DNA from: Actinomycetota bacterium
GTDB lineage: Bacteria > Actinomycetota > Actinomycetes > S36-B12
Direction of reading: 5' to 3'
Length of the DNA: 24,392 nucleotides
Assembly (NCBI GenBank): GCA_009726075.1
Contig: WLND01000001.1
Coordinates: forward strand, 1 to 24,392
The notes beneath the pieces are model-generated. The model was not told the origin of the DNA, did not search any database, and was given only the letters and a program-made list of their open reading frames with translations. A program made the position numbers and the translations under genes. Of the stretch, positions 7,094 to 15,031 are shown piece by piece. Positions within the stretch are counted from its first letter, which is position 1. Every line of letters starts with the position of its first letter.

Positions 7094-9795
7094 GGGAACC
7101 GCGCCGTATCCCGATGCGACTGCCTCCCCTGCCGGGGGAGGCGTTCGAGAGCTGGCTCGTTGCCTACGCTCACCGACTAGACAGCCCCACCTCGGACATC
7201 TTGGCGCAGGCAGGCCTAAGCACGAGCCAGGTGTCCACTGATCCGCGCACTCTTGCGTTGGGTCCCTCTGCCGACACTCTCCAGCGGCTCAGCGACGTAA
7301 CCGGCCACGACTGCTCCGAACTGGAAAGCACATTCGTGCCCCTTCGCCAGTACTCTGCGGGGCTCTCGAAGGTTCGGATCCACGGAACCAGCTTCCTCGG
7401 TGCGCCGATGCGAGCAAGTCGCTTCTGCCCTGAGTGCCTCGACGCCAACGGCGGCAGGTGGATGGCCAGTTGGCGTCTGCCGTGGGTCGTCGCCTGCCCC
7501 ACGCACGGCATCCTGTTGGCGACCCACTGCCCAGATTGCGAGTCCGAGCAGCGACGTCGGCCCATCCTGACGGAAAGCACCCCAAACGACCCCCGGCATT
7601 GCGCCAACCCAGCATCAGGGAGCATCGGTCGCGCCCCCACCCGGTGCGAAGCCGACCTGACTGGGGTGTTCACCCACCCGGCGCCAACGGCGCTGGTGCA
7701 CCTCTCCGAGTCATGGAACGAGTTTCACGCCGTTGGCCGGGTGACGGACCTCCTTCGGCTGGTGGGCGACGTCGCCGTGCTGTCATCAGTCATCGGCACC
7801 TGCGCATCGGCAGGTGAGGCGCTAGCCCATCCCGAGAAGTTCGCGGACGTCCTGGCCCAGGCGGCGGAAGCGGTCCTTGACCCTGAAGGCAGCACCTTCA
7901 CCGAGCTCGCATCGCGGCGAGTCTCACGAAAGGCCCCGGCCCTGCCGGCTGGGTGGACGGGCATCAGCGAGGGCCTCGTCTCTCGAGCCTTGGTCATCCG
8001 CGATCCCTCGATGAGGCCACTCGACCGGATCCGGTGGGCCTCTGCAACTCGCGGACGTCGGCCTTCAGAGGTGAGGTCAGACGCGCTTTCCCGCGAGGGC
8101 AAGGTTCCTGCGTCATTGTGGCCCGAGTGGGCGCTGCTCCTGGCTCCACCTGGACTCGAGTCAGCAGCCGTGTTTCCCGCTGCGGCGGCCGGCTGCATGC
8201 TCCTGCGGGGATCCACGCTTCCGCTCTCCCAACTCATGAAGATGTTGTCCGATGATCCGACTGATTCCCGCAGTGCGGCTCGATCGATCCTCCAGGCCAC
8301 AGCGAACGACCCCGGCGACACGATCCTGCCCACCTTGACGAAGCTGAGTGAGACCTTGGAGGCCGAGCCGCCGCCAATCGACTACGCGAGGCGGAGGCGC
8401 TGGGCCGCTGAGCGTGACGTCTTGAGCAGAAGGGATTGGGTGCGCCTGTGCGAAGGGACGTCCTCAGCACCGGGCGAGGCTCGGAAGTGGCGCTACGCGC
8501 GCCTGCGCGTCTGGGAGACCCTTACGGGCGGAATGGCCCATCAGGCACCCAGCTCCCTGATGGCGGGGATGACCGACCCGCTGTCCGTCTACTACCAGTT
8601 CCTGCGCAACCTCACTCCAGCAGTCCTGCAGGCGCTGACGGCCCACGCGCGCGAAGTGCTCGACGCCTGGGGCCTGGAAGACGAGCCCGTCGAGTGGGTA
8701 CCGTCCTTGAGCATCATCGGTGCGCCATCCGACGTGCTGCCCGGAGTGAGCCGCCAGCAACTCGAAGGCCGTGTACCGATCGGCTCATTAGCCGGCCGCA
8801 GGGCGCTCAGTGACTGCGCCGCTGATGTAGGCCTAGACATCCAGCAGGCGAAGCTGATTGTCCGACTCGGTTGGTTCGCGCCCGAGCCGTCGCCGGGCAG
8901 GCCCGCGCGTACCCGTTTGAGTGAAGCCCAGGTGCGCGACGCGATCGAAGTCCGCGGGCTGACCCTCCGCCAGACCGCCGCCGAACTGGGCGTCGATCGC
9001 AAGACGGTCAGACAGAGGTGTCTCGAACTGGAAATCGACCTACACGCTCCAGGCAGACGTCGTCGGTGGAACGTCGACAAGGAGTGGCTGGCGACTCAGT
9101 ACGTCACCCGAGGTCGGCCACTCCCTGACATCGCTGCCGAAGTCGGTTGCAGCACCGCGAACCTGGCAAGGATTGCCAAGGAACACGGAATCCCGCTGCG
9201 CGGTCGTGGTGGCGCCAGCCATGGCTCCGCGACGGTGACCACCGGTGACCTGCCACCCCTGCTTGCCGCATGCCTGCGTGGGCAGGGAGCCCGAGAACGG
9301 GTGGAGCGATTCCACCAGATCGCAGCCTTTCGATCCTTGAACGAGGCCGCCCAGAGCATTGGACTGCACCAGTCGGCCATCAGCACCCAGTTGAAGAAGC
9401 TCGAGACCGCCGCTGGGGGTCGAATCCTCGAACGGGGCGATCGTCAGCATGCCCCACTCAAGGTCACACCCCTCGGCAGGAAACTGCTCAAGCAAGCGGA
9501 ACAGGAGCTCGGACTTCCGCAGCACCCAATCGTGCGAGCGCCCCTTGCCCCGGCTCTGGGCAGCTTCCGTGGCGCTGAACGGATCGCGAAGCTTGCTTCA
9601 GCGAGCAGGCAAAAGACTCTGCGCGAGGCCGCCGTTGCGGCGGGCGTGACGCCTCAGTCACTTCGCATCTCCTTTCGCGGTCTGGAGAGCGCCTGTGGCC
9701 CTCTGGTCAGCGCGTGGGGGCTGGACGAGGCCTTCCATCTCACGCCACGAGGCCAACTCCTCGTCCGACAGTGGGCTGCGCATCACTCCGCGTGA
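7090..9795 (+). CDS. tniQ: TniQ/TnsD-family target selector, 901 aa, with a C-terminal array of HTH and LysR-like wHTH motifs
   Basis: GTG 7090 overlaps the tnsC stop (GTGA) and is in frame with the 6622 ORF. N-terminus has PLPGEAFESWL and the Zn finger RFCPECL...W...CPTH...CPDC. The C-terminus has repeated HTH motifs. Confidence 0.9.
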   Translation: MREPRRIPMRLPPLPGEAFESWLVAYAHRLDSPTSDILAQAGLSTSQVSTDPRTLALGPSADTLQRLSDVTGHDCSELESTFVPLRQYSAGLSKVRIHGTSFLGAPMRASRFCPECLDANGGRWMASWRLPWVVACPTHGILLATHCPDCESEQRRRPILTESTPNDPRHCANPASGSIGRAPTRCEADLTGVFTHPAPTALVHLSESWNEFHAVGRVTDLLRLVGDVAVLSSVIGTCASAGEALAHPEKFADVLAQAAEAVLDPEGSTFTELASRRVSRKAPALPAGWTGISEGLVSRALVIRDPSMRPLDRIRWASATRGRRPSEVRSDALSREGKVPASLWPEWALLLAPPGLESAAVFPAAAAGCMLLRGSTLPLSQLMKMLSDDPTDSRSAARSILQATANDPGDTILPTLTKLSETLEAEPPPIDYARRRRWAAERDVLSRRDWVRLCEGTSSAPGEARKWRYARLRVWETLTGGMAHQAPSSLMAGMTDPLSVYYQFLRNLTPAVLQALTAHAREVLDAWGLEDEPVEWVPSLSIIGAPSDVLPGVSRQQLEGRVPIGSLAGRRALSDCAADVGLDIQQAKLIVRLGWFAPEPSPGRPARTRLSEAQVRDAIEVRGLTLRQTAAELGVDRKTVRQRCLELEIDLHAPGRRRRWNVDKEWLATQYVTRGRPLPDIAAEVGCSTANLARIAKEHGIPLRGRGGASHGSATVTTGDLPPLLAACLRGQGARERVERFHQIAAFRSLNEAAQSIGLHQSAISTQLKKLETAAGGRILERGDRQHAPLKVTPLGRKLLKQAEQELGLPQHPIVRAPLAPALGSFRGAERIAKLASASRQKTLREAAVAAGVTPQSLRISFRGLESACGPLVSAWGLDEAFHLTPRGQLLVRQWAAHHSA

Positions 9796-9813
9796 CGCGC
9801 CTCCCTCGCCTCG

Positions 9814-9915
9814 GTGGCCAACTTCACTGATTGGCGTGGCGGAATGGTGGCCGTCGTGGCCAACTTCACTGATTCTCGCCTCACGGCGGGTGGCCAGAAG
9901 TTCTGATTCCCTACA
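9814..9915 (-). repeat. Transposon end A: three TnsB-type sites plus terminal TGTAGG
   Basis: GTGGCCAACTTCACTGATT at 9814-9832 and 9856-9874 (identical), GTGGCCAGAAGTTCTGATT at 9890-9908; minus strand from 9915 reads TGTAGGGAATCAGAACTTCTGGCCAC. Confidence 0.88.
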
Positions 9916-9919
9916 CCCG

Positions 9920-9965
9920 TGTAGGACGTCAGTAGTTCTGGCCCTTTCTCAGTGAATCTGGCCAG
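9920..9965 (+). repeat. Transposon end B: terminal TGTAGG plus two closely spaced TnsB-type sites
   Basis: TGTAGGACGTCAGTAGTTCTGGCC matches end A in inverted orientation; second site TCTCAGTGAATCTGGCCAG at 9947-9965 (20-bp period). Confidence 0.82.
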
Positions 9966-10030
9966 TTCACGGGTGAAGCAAGTTCCGTCTCCGGCGGAGT
10001 GCTCATGATGTCGGCCTTGGGCACACGACA

Positions 10031-10211
10031 GGTGCCCCGCTGCTCGCGATCTGCGAGCCCTGCCTCCTTGAGCACGTTCAGATGGTGACACCGTCGGTTG
10101 AGACAGGCCCAAAGGCGTGGGGCTCGCAAGTCCATCAGGGCAGCAGGCGCGGGCGGACACTTCAGCCATCGTGAGTTCAACGTCGACCGCCATGCCGTGA
10201 CCAATCTTCAT
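10031..10211 (-). pseudogene. arsR: ArsR/SmtB repressor pseudogene
   Basis: ACCPDGLASP joins directly to TPLGLSQPTVS, so the usual LFKALADP.RL..L...CVCDL segment is missing. A frameshift follows, then HLNVLKEAGLADREQRGT, and the C-terminal wing and helix are lost. Confidence 0.8.
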
Positions 10212-10213
10212 AG

Positions 10214-10267
10214 ATTGACACGCATCAATGTACCCTGCACACTGAGATATCGACAAGCGTCAATGTA
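10214..10267 (+). promoter_or_regulatory. Tandem ArsR-type operators overlapping a sigma-A-like promoter
   Basis: ATTGAC-ACGC-ATCAAT(GTA) at 10214-10232 and ATCGAC-AAGC-GTCAAT(GTA) at 10249-10267; TTGACA (10215) N17 CACACT (10238). Confidence 0.7.
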
Positions 10268-10283
10268 AATCTTGGAGGTTGTC

Positions 10284-10547
10284 GTGTCACGTGTGCAACT
10301 GGCGCCGAACGTCTCGGACTTGGAGGCGTCGATCGCCTTCTCCTCGGCCCTGTTCGGGGTCGAGGCGCAGGCCAGCCGTCTTCGCGATGCCGGCCTTGCA
10401 GCCTTCGACGAGAAGGACATCACCTGCTGCTCTGCACTCCAGGAAATGCCGTGGGTTCACGACCCGCACGGCGCGCCCTGGGAGACCTACACCGTCAAGG
10501 ATGACGCTCCGGCGAATCCTCAGCCGCCCGCATCCGCGTGCTGCTGA
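10284..10547 (+). pseudogene. ArsI/CadI-family VOC protein with internal deletion
   Basis: MSRVQLAPNVSDLEASIAFSSALFGVE jumps to AQASRL..., missing the central PAK..PGYANF...LKLVL...NHLGVE segment; keeps TCC and PWETYTV; GGAGG RBS. Confidence 0.75.
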
Positions 10548-10578
10548 CCACGGCGCCGAGAGCGGAAGGGAACTTGGT

Positions 10579-10998
10579 ATGAGTGACACCCCCGCCGTGC
10601 TGTTCGTGTGCGTGAAGAACGGCGGCAAATCCCAGATGGCCGCCGCCCTGATGCGCCAGGCAGTCGGCGACACGGTCGAGGTTCACTCAGCGGGCACCCA
10701 CCCGGGCACGGCGATCAACGCCGAATCCGCGGCCGCCGTCGCCGAGGTCGGCGCAGACATGAGCGACCAGATCCCCAAGCCAATCGACCCGGCACTGCTG
10801 GCCCGCGTCGACCGGGTCGTCGTAGTCGGGTCCGAAGCCGTCGTCGACCCGCTCCCCGGTATGGCCGGGACCATCGAGACGTGGGAGACCGTCGAGCCGT
10901 CCGTCCACGGGATCGAGGGCGCCGAGCGAATGCGCCTGATCCGAGACGACATTGCCGCCCGCGTCACTGTTCTTGCCACCGAACTCACCGCAATCTGA
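10579..10998 (+). CDS. arsC: Arsenate reductase, LMW-PTP fold, mycothiol/mycoredoxin-dependent type
   Basis: VLFVCVKNGGKSQMAAAL...VHSAGT...AEVGADMS...ERMRLIRD; single Cys and K in place of the P-loop Arg, as in Corynebacterium ArsC1/ArsC2. Confidence 0.85.
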   Translation: MSDTPAVLFVCVKNGGKSQMAAALMRQAVGDTVEVHSAGTHPGTAINAESAAAVAEVGADMSDQIPKPIDPALLARVDRVVVVGSEAVVDPLPGMAGTIETWETVEPSVHGIEGAERMRLIRDDIAARVTVLATELTAI

Positions 10999-11012
10999 AC
11001 CGAGGAGACACT

Positions 11013-11399
11013 ATGACCACCATTCGTGTGTACGAGCCCGCCCTGTGCTGCAACACCGGGGTCTGCGGCCCCGATGTCGACGAGAGCCTGGTGACCTTCA
11101 CCGCCGACCTCGGCGCCCTCAAGGAACTCGGCGTCGACATCGAGCGGCACAACCTCGCCAACGACCCGACCGCGTTCGCCACGGACGACACGGTGCGCGC
11201 GTTCCTCCAGGTCGCCGGCTCTGACGGCCTGCCGCTGACGATCGTCGACGGCGTCACCGTCATGACCGGCAGCTACCCGGCGCGTGAGCAGCTGCTGAAG
11301 TTCGCAGGCGTCGATGCCGAGGTCGTTCCTGCGGGAGTTACCACCCTGACCGTGTCCGAAGAGTCGGGCTCGTGCTGCGGCGGAACAAGCTGCTGCTGA
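11013..11399 (+). CDS. arsD: Arsenite metallochaperone
   Basis: VYEPALCCNTGVCGPDVD (three As-binding Cys), GLPLTIVDG...GSYP, C-terminal CC..CC; GAGGAG RBS. Confidence 0.93.
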   Translation: MTTIRVYEPALCCNTGVCGPDVDESLVTFTADLGALKELGVDIERHNLANDPTAFATDDTVRAFLQVAGSDGLPLTIVDGVTVMTGSYPAREQLLKFAGVDAEVVPAGVTTLTVSEESGSCCGGTSCC

Positions 11400-11401
11400 C
11401 C

Positions 11402-13171
11402 ATGATGCGATTCCTGACGGACCCGCCCCGCTCCCTGTTCTTCACCGGCAAGGGCGGCGTCGGCAAGACGTCGGTCGCCTGCGCCACTGCCGTCACCCTC
11501 GCTGAGCAGGGCAAGCAGGTACTGCTGGTCAGCACCGACCCGGCGTCCAATGTCGGACAGGTCCTCGGCGTCACCATCGGCAACACCATCACGTCGATCC
11601 CCGACGTACCGAGACTGTCCGCTCTGGAAATCGACCCGGAGCAGGCTGCCCACGCCTACCGTGAGCGGATCATCGGGCCGGTTCGCGGGCTGCTGCCGGA
11701 CAAGGAGATCGCCTCCATCACCGAGCAGCTGTCCGGGTCCTGCACGACCGAGGTGGCCTCGTTCAACGAGTTCACCGCCCTGCTTTCCGACGAGACCGTG
11801 TTTGGCCAGTACGACCACGTGCTGTTCGACACCGCCCCGACCGGGCACACGATCCGGCTGCTCCAGCTGCCCGGCTCGTGGACGGACTTCCTCAACGATG
11901 GAAAGGGCGATGCGTCCTGCCTCGGCCCGCTCGCGGGGCTGGACAAGCAGCGCACCGTCTACGCCGACGCTGTCGCGGCGCTCAAGGATCCGACCCGCAC
12001 CCGCCTCGTCCTGGTCACCCGCGCGCAGGCATCTGCCTTGGCCGAGGTTGACCGAACGAACGACGAACTCTCCCAGACCGGGATCCACGCCACGCACCTG
12101 ATCGTCAACGGCGTGCTGCCCGCCGCCGCGGGCGAGGAGGACCTCGCCACCGCAGTTCGTGCCCGCGAGACCTCCGCCCTCGCACGCATGCCCGCCGGGC
12201 TGGCCGGCATGCAGGTCGACGTCATCGAGCTGAAGTCCGCGAACATGATCGGACTGCCCGCGTTGCGACTCCTCCTCGACGGTGACGCCTCTGAACCGGA
12301 TGAACGGGCTACGACCCTGGACGAGGTCGACGTGCCCGCGCACCGCCTCCGCACACTCGTGGACGAGATTGAGCGCGGCGGTCATGGGCTCGTGATGTGC
12401 ATGGGCAAGGGCGGCGTCGGCAAGACCACGATCGCCGCAGCCATCGCCGTCGCTCTGGCCCACCGCGGCCATCAGGTCCACCTGACCACGACGGACCCCG
12501 CCGCCCACGTCGAGGAGACACTGCACGGCACTGTCGACGGCCTCCGGGTCTCGCGCATCGACCCGGTCGAGGCGACCCGCGAGTACCGCGAGCGCATCAT
12601 GTCGACGAAGGGCAAGAACCTCGACGACGCCGGCCGGGCCGCCCTGCATGAGGATCTGCTCTCGCCGTGCACGGAGGAGGTCGCGGTCTTCGGCCAGTTC
12701 TCCCGCGTCATCAGCGCCGCCCGGCACGAGTTCGTCGTCGTCGACACCGCCCCCACCGGCCACACGCTGCTGCTCCTGGACGCCGCCGGCTCCTACCACC
12801 GCGACATCGTTCGGCAGATGGGATCGAACGGCGGATTCCGGACTCCGATGATGATGCTGCAGGACCCGGATCTCACCAAAGTCATCCTCGTGACGCTGCC
12901 GGAGCCGACACCAGTCACCGAGGCGCGCGTGCTTCAGGACGACCTCCAGCGTGCCGGGATCCATCCGTGGGCGTGGGTCGTCAACACGTCCCTGGCCGCG
13001 GCCCAGCCGGAGTCGACATTTCTCAGGCGCAGAGCTGCTGCCGAGGCAGAGCAGATCGCTGTGGTGGAGTCGCTGGCCAGTCGGGTGGCGATCGTTCCGC
13101 TGCTCACTCAGGAGCCGATCGGTGAGAGTCCCCTCGCCGCCATCGTCGCCAGCCCTCTGTCCGTCGCATAG
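11402..13171 (+). CDS. arsA: Arsenical pump-driving ATPase
   Basis: Two GKGGVGKT P-loops, two DTAPTGH motifs, and metal-binding Cys in SGSCTTE, ASCLGP and SPCTEE. Confidence 0.96.
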   Translation: MMRFLTDPPRSLFFTGKGGVGKTSVACATAVTLAEQGKQVLLVSTDPASNVGQVLGVTIGNTITSIPDVPRLSALEIDPEQAAHAYRERIIGPVRGLLPDKEIASITEQLSGSCTTEVASFNEFTALLSDETVFGQYDHVLFDTAPTGHTIRLLQLPGSWTDFLNDGKGDASCLGPLAGLDKQRTVYADAVAALKDPTRTRLVLVTRAQASALAEVDRTNDELSQTGIHATHLIVNGVLPAAAGEEDLATAVRARETSALARMPAGLAGMQVDVIELKSANMIGLPALRLLLDGDASEPDERATTLDEVDVPAHRLRTLVDEIERGGHGLVMCMGKGGVGKTTIAAAIAVALAHRGHQVHLTTTDPAAHVEETLHGTVDGLRVSRIDPVEATREYRERIMSTKGKNLDDAGRAALHEDLLSPCTEEVAVFGQFSRVISAARHEFVVVDTAPTGHTLLLLDAAGSYHRDIVRQMGSNGGFRTPMMMLQDPDLTKVILVTLPEPTPVTEARVLQDDLQRAGIHPWAWVVNTSLAAAQPESTFLRRRAAAEAEQIAVVESLASRVAIVPLLTQEPIGESPLAAIVASPLSVA

Positions 13172-13217
13172 CCACCTGTCCCCTGAGGCCATCCCAGTGC
13201 GGTGGCGGCGCGCGGTG

Positions 13218-13436
13218 TCATATGGAGACGTCCGCCCACGCTGCGCAGCAGCCGTCCGCGGGCGTTTCGGAGGGCTCGCAGAGGGCGGCGAACTCGTCCT
13301 CTGAGGAGTACAGGAAGCGCTCAATCATCTCCTGGCCGAACGTTGCGTCGAAGATGTTCTGAAGCAGCATCGACGACGTCCTCAGGATCAGCTGGTACTC
13401 CAGGCTGATGTCATCACGGCCGCAGTTATCGGCCAC
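13218..13436 (-). pseudogene. Remnant of the N-terminal three-helix domain of an actinobacterial ArsC1'-type reductase
   Basis: DISLEYQLILRTSSMLLQNIFDATFGQEMIERFLYSSEDEFA resembles the DLS.DQQ..L.TAA..L..EF...FG.ETIERFL.SSYDQFA pattern; no catalytic domain follows. Confidence 0.6.
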
Positions 13437-13499
13437 GGGCGTGCCGCTCAGGTGTTGGCGTGGCGGCCGCAGTCGACGCGGGCGGCCAGGTGCTCGACC

Positions 13500-13682
13500 C
13501 GATCGCTGGTGTCGGACAGGCAGTGGTGGCTGTCTGTCGAATACGAGGACGGATCACGCGAACTCTTCGACCGTGAGGCGAGCCTCGACGAGGTCGCCGC
13601 ATTGAGCGCCCATCTCAAGGCACTGTCCGAATGCGCAGGAGCCACGTGCCGAGACGCTGACATCTGGCCCGATCCCACGTGA
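13500..13682 (+). pseudogene. Probable sulfatase C-terminal fragment
   Basis: VEYEDGSRELFD...LSAHLKALSECAGATCR resembles the C-terminus of N-acetylglucosamine-6-sulfatase-like enzymes (YVEY..GERELYD...L..L..C.G..CR); no catalytic N-terminus. Start coordinate approximate. Confidence 0.45.
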
Positions 13683-13793
13683 GCTGCGAACACCAGGCTG
13701 CGAACCATGCGCAATTAGGGATTTGGTGAAGGCACCCGGGCATATGACTGCTCTACGCTACCCGGAATTGGTCGAAGGAGGGATGAGCTAAGA

Positions 13794-15023
13794 ATGACGA
13801 GCACGAGCAACACGTATGTGCGCAGCCCATGGGCGGGCAATGCCGATGAGCAGGAGCGACGCCACTGGGCTGCAGTCGCAGACGACGTTGCGCGCGTCAT
13901 CGCCGTCGATGCCCTGGAGCGCGACAAGCAGAGCACTCGTCCATTCGCGGAGATGCAGCTGCTCCGAGACTCCGGCCTGGCGAACTTCCTGATTCCGACC
14001 GAGTTCGGTGGAAGCGGCGGGCACTGGGAGACGGCCTTCCTCATCACTCGCATCCTGGCCAGGGCTGATGCTTCAGTGGCCCAGATCCTCGGCTACCACT
14101 ACGTGAATCAGGCCTGCGTCGTGTTCTACGGCCCCGATGTCGACGCTCAGGCCAAGTGGCTCAGCAAGAGCGCCGAGGGCCGATTGATGTGGAGTGACTC
14201 CTTCAACCCGGTGAGCCCCGACCTTGAGCTCGTGGCCGACGGCGACAACTACCGGATGACCGGGCTCAAGCGGTTCGCAACTGGCGCATCCGTGGCCGAC
14301 ATCGTCATCGCCGGCGGCATCGCGACGGGCGGCGCCCACGACGGGGAGCTCCTCGTGTTTGCGCTCGACACCCAGCGGGCAGGCATCGAGCATCTCGATG
14401 ATTGGGATCACCTCGGTCAGCGGGCGTCGGCGAGCGGTTCGGTTCGCTACACGGACGTCATCATCACCCCGGACGACATCGTCGGCACCGACACCGGGGA
14501 GCCGTTCTCGGCAGTCGTGACCCCGGGCGTACAACTCCTCTTCGGGAACATCTACCTCGGGATCGCCGAGGGTGCCCTCGAGCAGGCGAAGGAACTCACG
14601 CTTGCGCGGCCCGGCGCCTGGTTTCTGAGCGGGGTGGACCGCTACTCGCAGGATCCGATCACGCACCGGGTGTTCGGCGAGTTGGTCGCCAAGACGGTGG
14701 CGGTCGAGGCACTGGCCGATCGGGTGAACCGATGGTTCGATGATGTCGTGGCTCTCGGTGGCGACACCACCGCCGAGGATCGAGCGCGGATCGAGATCCA
14801 GGTGGCCCAGCTCAAGGTGATCTCGACCGAGGTCGGTCTCGAGGTTGCCAGCAGGGTCTTCGAGGTGACGGGGGCGAGTTCGACGAAGTCGAGCAATGGC
14901 CTCGACGTGTACTGGCGCAATATCCGCACGCACAGCCTCCACGATCCTGTTGACTACAAGAAGGTCGAAGTCGGGGCCAACTTCCTCACGGGAGCCGTCC
15001 AGCCGATCTCGCTCTACACCTAG
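13794..15023 (+). CDS. Acyl-CoA-dehydrogenase-fold flavin monooxygenase (DszC/SfnB-like)
   Basis: DDWDHLGQRASASGSVRY and YWRNIRTHSLHDPVDYK; GGAGG RBS. Confidence 0.85.
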   Translation: MTSTSNTYVRSPWAGNADEQERRHWAAVADDVARVIAVDALERDKQSTRPFAEMQLLRDSGLANFLIPTEFGGSGGHWETAFLITRILARADASVAQILGYHYVNQACVVFYGPDVDAQAKWLSKSAEGRLMWSDSFNPVSPDLELVADGDNYRMTGLKRFATGASVADIVIAGGIATGGAHDGELLVFALDTQRAGIEHLDDWDHLGQRASASGSVRYTDVIITPDDIVGTDTGEPFSAVVTPGVQLLFGNIYLGIAEGALEQAKELTLARPGAWFLSGVDRYSQDPITHRVFGELVAKTVAVEALADRVNRWFDDVVALGGDTTAEDRARIEIQVAQLKVISTEVGLEVASRVFEVTGASSTKSSNGLDVYWRNIRTHSLHDPVDYKKVEVGANFLTGAVQPISLYT

Positions 15024-15031
15024 GAGTTGCA

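Larger units (their letters stand above)
2789..9915 (+). mobile_element. Tn7-like transposon core (XRE, tnsA-like, tnsB, tnsC, tniQ); upstream boundary not located
   Basis: Four overlapping genes in canonical order, followed by three TnsB-type repeats and a terminal ...CCTACA at 9915. Confidence 0.9.
9920..13436. mobile_element. Arsenic-resistance cargo segment starting at end B; distal boundary not found
   Basis: ars genes directly follow end B; no matching TGT/ACA end with TnsB sites was found downstream. Confidence 0.5.

Noticed and set aside
9814-9908. 19-bp repeats as a mini-CRISPR array (CAST-like)
   Set aside because: Spacers of 23 and 15 bp are short and unequal, the repeats lead into a TGT terminus, and no cas genes are present.
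11273-13324. 683-aa minus-strand ORF, and similar long antisense ORFs (14073-15038, 18025-18819, 20255-21157)
   Set aside because: Shadow frames of well-supported genes in high-GC DNA, with no motifs of their own.
13455-13466. TTGGCGTGGCGG shared with 9831-9842
   Set aside because: A GC-rich 12-mer from the spacer between sites; plausible by chance.
13700-13793. SAM riboswitch upstream of the sulfur operon
   Set aside because: No SAM-I or SAM-IV core motifs recognised in this short leader.
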